Source of the DNA: an uncultured Clostridia bacterium
GTDB lineage: Bacteria > Bacillota > Clostridia > Christensenellales > UBA1242
Length of the DNA stretch: 64,000 bases
Direction: 5' to 3'
NCBI GenBank assembly: GCA_947054085.1
Contig: CAMRVD010000001.1
Span: forward strand, 24,676 to 88,675
Part shown: one piece after another, positions 9,497-16,952 of the stretch
How positions within the stretch are numbered: the first letter of the stretch is position 1
How the letters are laid out: each line of letters opens with the position of its first letter
The notes under the pieces: model-generated
Told to the model about the DNA's origin: nothing
Databases searched by the model: none
The model's input: only the letters and a program-made list of their open reading frames with translations
Position numbers and translations under genes: made by a program

Positions 9497-9624
9497 TTTT
9501 AGTGCGAGAATTTGATTTGCAGCTAGGCTCTCAAAAATTTAATCGTTAGGAGTTTACATAATTGTAAATGACTAATGATAAATTTTTGTAAAAACAACAC
9601 TGCAAACAAATTGTCGCACTAAAA
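9497..9624 (+). repeat. full-length 128-nt palindromic element (E), immediately after rpsG
   Basis: Outer stem TTTTAGTGCGA..AATTTGATTTGCAG / CTGCAAACAAATT.TCGCACTAAAA. Inner stem CAAAAATTTAATCGTTAG/CTAATGATAAATTTTTG. Apex GGAGTTTACATAATTGTAAATGAC. The right arm ends at 9624 and the rpsG stop is 9625-9627. Confidence 0.8.
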
Positions 9625-10095
9625 TTACCAGCGGTAGCTTGCAAAGGCCTTATTAGCTTCAGCCATTCTGTGCATTTCTTCTTTCTTTTTAAATGCACCA
9701 CCTGCTTGGTTGTATGCATCCATAAGTTCGTTGGCTAAACGCAAAGCCATAGTGCGGTCTGTGCGTTTGCGGGCGCTTGCCACAATCCAACGAATAGCAA
9801 GTGTTTGACGTCTAACTGGGCGAATTTCCATAGGAACTTGGTAAGTAGAACCACCTACACGGCGAGCTTTAACTTCTAGCACTGGTTTAACATTTTCTAG
9901 TGCTTTGTCCCAAACTTCCATAGCAGAAACGCCAAGTTTAGACGAACTTATTTCTAATGCTTCGTATACAATTTTTTGAGCGATTGTGCGTTTGCCGTCT
10001 TCCATAACTTGATTAATAAGTTTGGTTATATCTTTGCGGTTATATACAGTATCGGCAAGAACTTCTCTAACTATTGCAGCATTTCTTCTTGACAT
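9625..10095 (-). CDS. rpsG: 30S ribosomal protein S7
   Basis: 156 aa, full-length S7 sequence (…VKARRVGGSTYQVP…ANKAFASYRW). Confidence 0.97.
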   Translation of the reverse strand: MSRRNAAIVREVLADTVYNRKDITKLINQVMEDGKRTIAQKIVYEALEISSSKLGVSAMEVWDKALENVKPVLEVKARRVGGSTYQVPMEIRPVRRQTLAIRWIVASARKRTDRTMALRLANELMDAYNQAGGAFKKKEEMHRMAEANKAFASYRW

Positions 10096-10155
10096 TGTTA
10101 TTCCTCCATTTAATATTTAACTAAATATTTCTATTGCTTAACAGCACATTAAAAT

Positions 10156-10533
10156 TTATTTAGGACGTTTTGCACCATATTTGCTTCTTGCTTGTTTGCG
10201 ATCCTTAACACCAGCAGTATCTAAGGTGCCACGAACAATATGGTAACGCACACCAGGAAGGTCCTTTACACGACCACCACGAATAAGAACAACACTATGT
10301 TCCTGCAAATTGTGGCCAATACCTGGAATATAAACCGTACCCTCCATTTTGTTAGAAAGCCTTACTCTTGCAATTTTACGTAACGCTGAGTTAGGTTTTT
10401 TTGGAGATGTGGTAGTTACAGATAGACAAACGCCTCTTTTTTGAGGACACTCCTCTAGTATTGGAGATTTATCCTTAACGGTTTTGTCTTTTCTGCCCTT
10501 GCCATGACGGACTAATTGAGCGATGGTTGGCAT
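10156..10533 (-). CDS. rpsL: 30S ribosomal protein S12
   Basis: [15 protein letters not shown]…[10 protein letters not shown]…[15 protein letters not shown]: canonical S12. Confidence 0.97.
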   Translation of the reverse strand: MPTIAQLVRHGKGRKDKTVKDKSPILEECPQKRGVCLSVTTTSPKKPNSALRKIARVRLSNKMEGTVYIPGIGHNLQEHSVVLIRGGRVKDLPGVRYHIVRGTLDTAGVKDRKQARSKYGAKRPK

Positions 10534-10668
10534 ATTTTTACCTCCTATAAGTATAAAACGAACCCTCCAGCCCCATGGAGAAATTCTTGAAATTTTTTAT
10601 AGCCTAAATTTACACACCTATAAAAATTAGACACAAAAAAGCTCAAACACGATAATACATGCTTTGTT

Positions 10669-10697
10669 ATTTTACCAAACTAATAAAAATAAGTCAA
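10669..10697 (-). promoter_or_regulatory. sigma-A promoter for rpsL-rpsG
   Basis: - strand TTGACT (10697-10692), 17 nt, TAAAAT (10674-10669). About 130-nt leader. Confidence 0.55.
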
Positions 10698-10832
10698 TAC
10701 AATAACCAAACTTTTTATCACTTTTTTATAGTTTAGAAATATAAAAATAAAGCAAGTAGGGTATTTATTAAATCTACACATTTACTTTTTTACTTTTGTG
10801 CATCAAATTACTAATTTTTGCTGCCATATACT

Positions 10833-10857
10833 AAAAAAATGAGCATAATGCTCATTT
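10833..10857 (-). terminator. intrinsic terminator after 10861..11382
   Basis: - strand AAATGAGCA-TT-TGCTCATTTTTTT. Confidence 0.75.
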
Positions 10858-10860
10858 ATT

Positions 10861-11382
10861 CTATTTTACTCCGTTTTGCTTTATGTAGCCAATTTTATAG
10901 TCTAACTTTTTAAGTTTGCCAAGTACCGGTGCAAGCTCTACCGAAAGTGTGCTTTCTATCATTGACAATATTTTTCGCTCGTTTTGCTTACTAATATTAT
11001 AACTAAAATCGTACCCTTCTTTTTGTATGTCTACACCAACTAATTTACCATAAGTATAAAGTTTGTTGTAAGTAGAGTTTTTGCGATACTCTTCTACCTC
11101 GTATTTTGCAAGATCCAATATATTTGCAATATTTGCCTCGTCAACATTTTTAGTTAATTTTTTTATTTTTTTATTTAATTTTTTGGGCAATACTTCTATA
11201 ATAGTTTCAAAGGTAGAATAATAATTACTAAAATCCAAATTATCGTAAAGCTTAAGTACATGACATAAACTTTCGATATTTTTTATCTTTTGTATGTATT
11301 CGTAACTAGTGTAGCCATTGTCTTTGTAAACCGCAGTCCACCCCACCATTTGTGCTAAACTATTAAGGTCTATATATTTCAT
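10861..11382 (-). CDS. hypothetical protein (173 aa)
   Basis: Clean ORF, ATG start, own terminator. No family recognised. Confidence 0.55.
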   Translation of the reverse strand: MKYIDLNSLAQMVGWTAVYKDNGYTSYEYIQKIKNIESLCHVLKLYDNLDFSNYYSTFETIIEVLPKKLNKKIKKLTKNVDEANIANILDLAKYEVEEYRKNSTYNKLYTYGKLVGVDIQKEGYDFSYNISKQNERKILSMIESTLSVELAPVLGKLKKLDYKIGYIKQNGVK

Positions 11383-11409
11383 AAAAATCCTTTATTTATT
11401 TTTAAATGT

Positions 11410-11434
11410 AAAAGCACCAACGTAGGTGCTTTTA
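11410..11434. terminator. intrinsic terminator (bidirectional form)
   Basis: AAAAGCACC-AACGTA-GGTGCTTTT. Confidence 0.7.
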
Positions 11435-11461
11435 GATATTTTATATTATTAATCTTTTATT

Positions 11462-11974
11462 TTACTGCCATTCTGTTCCATTATATAATACATTATTTAT
11501 AGCAGCTTCCCTCTCGTTTAATTCTTGAAGCATAGGTGCAAAAGTATTACTATTCCTTGCTGCATCAATAACTTGAGCATAAGCAGATGACGCCATTTTT
11601 TTATATTGTTCAAACAACTTATTATTTTTATAAAAATCTAATATCTTTGATGCATCAAGTTCTACATTAATAGATTTATCTGTTGAAGCTGCTTCAAAAT
11701 CTTTTATATTATATAAATTCTTTTTGCTTACAAAATTGCAATATTCTGCAACAATAGCTGTATTATGATAATAGTCTTTTCTTGGCAAGCTTTCTTTACC
11801 TATTGCAAATCCTTTTATTTTTGTTTCGCCATTGTTAGCAAAGTTAGCCATGCACGCAATTTTGTCCATTCTAGAATTATATACAACTTGCATGCCAGCA
11901 TTTATTGCTTCGCTGATTAAAATCGCTTTAGTTAGATCGTTGTTTGTGTGCGACCCCGTATTTATTAATTCCAT
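11462..11974 (-). CDS. hypothetical protein (170 aa), translationally coupled to the HicB-like gene
   Basis: ATG at 11974, 2 nt after the upstream stop (11977-11979), with AAGGAGG inside the upstream gene's end. The 50-codon extension to 12124 overlaps that gene and is rejected. Confidence 0.6.
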   Translation of the reverse strand: MELINTGSHTNNDLTKAILISEAINAGMQVVYNSRMDKIACMANFANNGETKIKGFAIGKESLPRKDYYHNTAIVAEYCNFVSKKNLYNIKDFEAASTDKSINVELDASKILDFYKNNKLFEQYKKMASSAYAQVIDAARNSNTFAPMLQELNEREAAINNVLYNGTEWQ

Positions 11975-11976
11975 AG

Positions 11977-12312
11977 TTATGCCTCCTTGGATACCAGTAG
12001 TTTGCCAATAAAGTTTTTGTAGTCTTGCTCGTAAGTTGTAAGTGCAAATTCGTCCGAAACTTCGCACGCAGCAAGTAGTACTACGCGTTTTGGGTTTAAG
12101 CTTACAGCTTCCTCGTAAGTGCAAGCACCAGAAACGTCCGACTCCATTTTACCAGCAAAGTCCAAAAACATTTCGAGGTTTTCTAATGCAGACAAATAAG
12201 CTTGTTCTACAGTATCGCCTCTTGCAATTAAATCCAAATCCGGAAACATTGCAAGGTAATTATTTTCCTCGTGGTCCGCGTAAACAACTAATGGATAGAC
12301 ACATTTTTTCAT
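11977..12312 (-). CDS. HicB-like (UPF0150-type) antitoxin-fold protein
   Basis: N-terminus YPLVVYADHEENNYLAMFPDLDLIARGDTVEQAYLSALENLEMFLD matches the HicB N-terminal domain pattern. No HTH/RHH tail recognised. Confidence 0.55.
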   Translation of the reverse strand: MKKCVYPLVVYADHEENNYLAMFPDLDLIARGDTVEQAYLSALENLEMFLDFAGKMESDVSGACTYEEAVSLNPKRVVLLAACEVSDEFALTTYEQDYKNFIGKLLVSKEA

Positions 12313-12408
12313 GGAATTCCCCTTTAGTAATAATTAATACATTTTTATATTAACACGCTAAGAACCAAAAAGTAAAATGTTTTTTAACTTTTAGTTTTGA
12401 CTATTTAG

Positions 12409-12437
12409 AGTATACTACACATTTTTACTTTTGTAAA
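12409..12437 (-). promoter_or_regulatory. sigma-A promoter for the HicB-like operon
   Basis: - strand TTTACA (12437-12432), 17 nt, TATACT (12414-12409). Confidence 0.5.
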
Positions 12438-12498
12438 TACCCTTTTTTAACAAATTTTGACAAAATTTACAAGGAAATTTTTTAACATCTAACATAAA

Positions 12499-12528
12499 CA
12501 AAACGAGGGAGTATTTCCTCGTTTTTTT
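12499..12528 (-). terminator. intrinsic terminator after 12535..14562
   Basis: CGAGG/CCTCG stem flanked by A- and T-runs. Confidence 0.65.
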
Positions 12529-12534
12529 ATTGTT

Positions 12535-14562
12535 TTAAGCTGCCTTACCAAGATTTAAAGTTATTTGTGCTTCGTAAGTATTTACAAACACATCGTACAT
12601 ACTAGTATCCTGCAAAACAGGATTTTTAATAGACGATGCTTTATCGCCAAGCAGATCGCCATCTGCAAACACTGCACAAAGCTGACCTTTAGTGCTGTTT
12701 AAAAAGTAAGTGACTTTATTGTAAGCAGTACTTAACATATTTAAAGTTACTTTTCGGCTTATACCTTTGGTTTCTACCCTAACTTTGCCGCTAAGTTCTG
12801 CAAAGGTAAGATTAATGTCGCTTTCCGAATAAACGCGTACGTCACCTTTTAAATTACTAGCATTAATACTTCCTCTGCCAGTAAATACATCCACACCTTG
12901 AATGTTTGCGTCGCGGTTTATCCTTATATCTGTACTAGAGGCATTTGTAAAATCTATATGACCGTTTGCACATATATTAACTTTGCCGGTAGTGTTTTTT
13001 AAAGTAATATCGCCGTTGCCGCTATTTATTTTAGCTGCACCAACGTTACCAAGTTCGCCCACATTAACATTTCCCGAACTTGTTATTTCTACACCATCTA
13101 TTGCCGCACCTACATAAATATGGCTATAATTAGATGACACTTTTGCATGCCTTACACTCTGTACATTAACTTGCGAGCTATTACTATTAAGTGTAAGGTT
13201 TCCGCCAATAGTAGCTATATTTACAGCACTTGATGATGTGGTAACGGTAACATCTTTTCCGATGCTATTTAGCTTTATTTCGCCACTGTTACATGTTATT
13301 GTTGCCGTACCTTTAACTACTGGCGGAGTATTTCCAAAAATACTGCCACTTTCTGACACAACCAATAAGTTATTACAAGAAACAAACTTAATGTTACCAC
13401 TTTTTGTGTTTGCAGTAAAATCACCATCAATTGCACCAGTAAAAGTAATGTCGCCTGTCCTTGTATTGGCTACCGCATTTCCAGTAACTGCTCCGCACAA
13501 AATATCTCCACTAGCAGATGCTTCTGCATTTAAATTACCAGCAACTTTATTTATGTTAATGTTGCCAGTAGTAGTAACTATTTTTAAGTTATTAACACTT
13601 CCAAGCGTAACGGTAGACCTATTAGTTTGAATATCTAAACTGCCTAAACAACTTTCGATATTAATATATCCTGTGCGGCTGACAATTTTATTATTGTTGC
13701 CACGAACGCTTCCAAGATCGATATTACCACTAGTAGTTGTAACATTTATACTACCTAAAATTTGACCGCTAATTGGTTTTTTAATGCTACCCGAACTTGT
13801 TTCAACATTTAAGTTATCGCAACCTGCAAAACTTAAATCGCCACTGCCCGAATTAAAAGTTATGTCGCCACCAACAATATTTGTTATGCTTAAACTTTCG
13901 TTTGTAAGGTTTGCAATAACATCTCCATTAACTTTTACATTAGAACCTAAACTTACATATCGGTGAGTGTTAATTGTAAGTTGGTTAGTTATAGTAAGAT
14001 TACTATTATTAATATTTAGTCCGCCATTACTACTAAAGCTTAGATTATTTAAGGTTTGATTACCTCCGTTAAAATTAGCCTGGCTTTTTTGCGAATTAAT
14101 ATAAATATTATTATAATTTTCATATTCGCTAGGAAGATTTACATTTAAATAAAATTTTATATTTTCCCTTGCCCAAATAAATTTTTGATACTCGGTAACA
14201 TTAATGTAAACTGCACTATCTTTTGCGGGGTCAAACGTTTGCCCATCTTTGTTGGTGAGTGTTACATTTGGTACAACCTTAGCTTTTGCAAAACCTTGAT
14301 AATACTGTACAAACTCTACACCAAGAGGCGACTGACTGCCACTAAAATTAATATTTATTGGAACTTTGCTAGCGTTTATATATATATCTTTACTAGTAAA
14401 AGTTTGAATTATTGTTTGCTCGTGCTTACCAACCACACCCGAAACATATTTTATACCAAATATCTCTATTCCTGGGGCAAGCATCATAATAACAACTAAT
14501 GCAAAAATGGCGAACAGTATTACTCCTAAAATTATAGATATATAAATAAGTGCCTTTTTCAT
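12535..14562 (-). CDS. membrane-anchored beta-strand-repeat protein (DUF4097 / putative-adhesin-like)
   Basis: N-terminal TM helix followed by about 20 short repeats of the type TSGNIDLG, TTGNININ, ASGDILCG, RTGDITFT, KSGNIKFV, GNGDITLK. Confidence 0.6.
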   Translation of the reverse strand: MKKALIYISIILGVILFAIFALVVIMMLAPGIEIFGIKYVSGVVGKHEQTIIQTFTSKDIYINASKVPININFSGSQSPLGVEFVQYYQGFAKAKVVPNVTLTNKDGQTFDPAKDSAVYINVTEYQKFIWARENIKFYLNVNLPSEYENYNNIYINSQKSQANFNGGNQTLNNLSFSSNGGLNINNSNLTITNQLTINTHRYVSLGSNVKVNGDVIANLTNESLSITNIVGGDITFNSGSGDLSFAGCDNLNVETSSGSIKKPISGQILGSINVTTTSGNIDLGSVRGNNNKIVSRTGYINIESCLGSLDIQTNRSTVTLGSVNNLKIVTTTGNININKVAGNLNAEASASGDILCGAVTGNAVANTRTGDITFTGAIDGDFTANTKSGNIKFVSCNNLLVVSESGSIFGNTPPVVKGTATITCNSGEIKLNSIGKDVTVTTSSSAVNIATIGGNLTLNSNSSQVNVQSVRHAKVSSNYSHIYVGAAIDGVEITSSGNVNVGELGNVGAAKINSGNGDITLKNTTGKVNICANGHIDFTNASSTDIRINRDANIQGVDVFTGRGSINASNLKGDVRVYSESDINLTFAELSGKVRVETKGISRKVTLNMLSTAYNKVTYFLNSTKGQLCAVFADGDLLGDKASSIKNPVLQDTSMYDVFVNTYEAQITLNLGKAA

Positions 14563-14689
14563 AATCCGCTCCCCTTTTTTACATAGATATTATATATATT
14601 ATAATGCCTACTATTATTATTGTCAATATATATGCTTTTTATGGATTGACAGAATTAAAAAAACCTTAACCCGCAATCTTAGGTTGCAT

Positions 14690-14800
14690 AAGCTAAGGCC
14701 ATTATTTATGAAGGACGAGTGCACTATGTCTGCCCACTCACGGATTTTAATTAAGCGTAAATGAATAGTAGCGGGCAGGCATAAGAAAATATAGGATTTA
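14690..14800 (+). repeat. degenerate copy (F) of the palindromic element
   Basis: AAGCTAAGGCCATTATTTATGAAGGACGAGTGCAC..GTCTGCCC..GGATTTTAATTAAGCGTAAATGAA..GGGCAGGC ATAAGAAAATATAGG. Boundaries approximate. Confidence 0.55.
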
Positions 14801-14831
14801 AGAAATTTAAACTCACTTCTTATTGTTATAT

Positions 14832-14961
14832 AATTAAGGCTATTATTTTATGAAAGGCGAGTGCTCAAAAAATGCTAGCGATAGGAGCTTACTTATGCGT
14901 AAGTGACTAGTGCTAGCATTTTTTAGAAAGCGAATTATTTTATGAAAGAATAGCCTTAATT
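14832..14961 (+). repeat. full-length 130-nt palindromic element (G); right arm lies inside the alaS CDS
   Basis: AATTAAGGCTATT 14832-14844 is the exact reverse complement of 14949-14961. Inner stem AAAAAATGCTAGCG/TGCTAGCATTTTTT. Apex GGAGCTTACTTATGCGTAAGTGAC. Confidence 0.8.
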
Positions 14962-16763
14962 CGGCGGACGCCGGCAGAAGAAGCCTCTTCCTTAACAATC
15001 TTAAACTTACCTAAAGAACCGGTATTTTGTACATGCGGACCACCGCAAATTTGAAAGTCGATATCACCAATTTTATAAACGCTGACAACTTCGTCCGCAG
15101 TGCCGTTATAAATACCATATGCACCACTGTTTAATGCCTCTTTATAAGGCATCTCGTGCCTAGTTACTGCAATATTTTGTTCTATAACATTATTAACAAA
15201 ATCTTCTAGAGTTTTAATTTCTTCGGATGTCATCTTATGGTCTAAATTAAAGTCAAAACGCATACGCTCATGGGTTATATTGCTGCCCTTTTGTACCGTT
15301 TTTTCGCCAAACATACGTCTAAGCCCTGCAAGCATGATATGAGTTGCTGTATGGTACGCAGTTTCCTTTTCTCCAGTAGCTGATAGTCCGCCCTTATTTT
15401 CACCCTTATGAGCGGTTCTTGCTAGTTCTTGATGCTCAGAAAAAGCTTTGTTGTATCCGTCCATATCTACGGTTAGTCCTTGTTCTGCCGCCATTTCCGA
15501 AGTAATTTCTACCGGAAAACCATAGGTTTCGTATAGCCTAAAGGCCTGTTTGCCGCTTATAGTTGTTTCTGGCATATAACCTGGGTTAGATTTTGCCATA
15601 AATTCGTTTTTACGATTAATCCCACTAACAACTTTTTCAAACTCCTTAGTACCGGCAATTATCGTTTTTTCAAACTTGTCAGCCTCGGCTTTAATACTAT
15701 CTAGTATGTATTGTTGTTTTTCTACAAGAAGTGGGTATGCTTTATCATAAACTTTTGTAATATAAATGTTGCAAATGTTTAGTAAGTCCTGTGTTGTAAG
15801 CCCTAGTTTACGAGCATGACGAATAGAGCGGCGAAGCAGTCTGCGTAAGATGTATCCGCTGCCGACATTGCTTGGAAGTATTCCGTCTTTGTCGCCAATA
15901 AGCATAACGCTAGTACGCATATGGTCAGCAACGATTCGCATACTTTTGGTTTTTTGCTCGTCCTCGCCATACTTAATGTTTAAGGCGTCTTCCATATAAT
16001 TAATTACGCCCAAAAATAGGTCGGTTAAATAGCCGTCGGTAAGGCCGTTAACATACATAAGTAACCGCTCAAACCCAAAACCGGTGTCTACGTTTTTATT
16101 TTTTAATGGAGTGTAGCCGCTATCGGTTTTAAGATACTGCATATAAACATCGTTGCCGACTTCTACCCACCTGCCGCAATCACAAGTAACATCGCAATGC
16201 TCGCTGCAAGGCTTATCTGTTATTGGATAAAACCATTCGTTATCGGGCCCACAAGGGGTGTTGGTTGTACCCTCTAGCTCCCACCAGTTATCTTTTAGGT
16301 AATAGATATTTTGCGGCTTAACCCCTGCCTTTACTAGGCAATCTACAGCCTCATCGTCTTTTGGAACATCACTATTCCCCGCAAAAACGGTGGCACAAAT
16401 TTTATCTTTGTTAAACCCTATAACCTTTGTTAAAAATTCAAACGACCATTGAGTTTTTTGCTCTTTAAAATAATCGCCCAAACTCCAGTTACCCATCATT
16501 TCAAAAAAAGTAAAGTGACTAAAATCGCCAACTTCGTCTATATCAACCGTACGTACACAGCCCTGAACATTACAAAGCCGAGTTTTTCCGCTTGGATGCT
16601 TTTTACCAAGTAAATACGGCATAAGCGGTTGCATTCCCGCAACATTAAACATAACACCAGTGCTTCCATCGCCAATAAGCGATACCCCACCAATATCGAT
16701 GTGCCCTTTTTCTTTATAAAAATTTAGCCACTTTTCTCTAAGTTCTTTAGAAGTTAATTTCAT
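14940..16763 (-). CDS. alaS: alanine--tRNA ligase, short form without C-Ala domain (607 aa)
   Basis: Class II AlaRS core (…FTFFEMMGNWSLGDYFK…), editing domain (HTATHIM…, CGGPHV). Ends at …SAGVRRIKAILS. Confidence 0.92.
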   Translation of the reverse strand: MKLTSKELREKWLNFYKEKGHIDIGGVSLIGDGSTGVMFNVAGMQPLMPYLLGKKHPSGKTRLCNVQGCVRTVDIDEVGDFSHFTFFEMMGNWSLGDYFKEQKTQWSFEFLTKVIGFNKDKICATVFAGNSDVPKDDEAVDCLVKAGVKPQNIYYLKDNWWELEGTTNTPCGPDNEWFYPITDKPCSEHCDVTCDCGRWVEVGNDVYMQYLKTDSGYTPLKNKNVDTGFGFERLLMYVNGLTDGYLTDLFLGVINYMEDALNIKYGEDEQKTKSMRIVADHMRTSVMLIGDKDGILPSNVGSGYILRRLLRRSIRHARKLGLTTQDLLNICNIYITKVYDKAYPLLVEKQQYILDSIKAEADKFEKTIIAGTKEFEKVVSGINRKNEFMAKSNPGYMPETTISGKQAFRLYETYGFPVEITSEMAAEQGLTVDMDGYNKAFSEHQELARTAHKGENKGGLSATGEKETAYHTATHIMLAGLRRMFGEKTVQKGSNITHERMRFDFNLDHKMTSEEIKTLEDFVNNVIEQNIAVTRHEMPYKEALNSGAYGIYNGTADEVVSVYKIGDIDFQICGGPHVQNTGSLGKFKIVKEEASSAGVRRIKAILS

Positions 16764-16952
16764 GATAATTTCCTTGATATTTTTGTTGATATTATTTACA
16801 TAAGCTTTAGAAAAATAACTTATGTTTTTTTACCGGCGAAAGATTATTGCCTTATAGATAAAAGATCCTTCGACTTGCGTACCGCTCGCTCGAGGACTAG
16901 CTAAAAAGTATTACATTTTATAGATTTTTGTAAGCTTACTCAAAATCAAAAT

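Noticed and set aside
4776-9624. CRISPR array as an explanation for the intergenic repeats
   Set aside because: The copies are long imperfect palindromes with variable stems. They are not short identical direct repeats separated by unique spacers of constant length, and no cas genes are present.
14867-14924. Calling the element apex a bona fide K-turn
   Set aside because: Opposed GA dinucleotides plus U.U/G.U are present. The diagnostic 3-nt bulge immediately 5' of the G.A pairs is missing or displaced in most copies. I therefore describe it only as a tandem-GA internal loop.
16764-16952. T-box riboswitch upstream of alaS (also checked for glnS 18636-18793 and leuS 48928-49138)
   Set aside because: No UGGNACCGCG T-box sequence. 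No stem I with specifier loop. The leaders are too short (about 45-190 nt).
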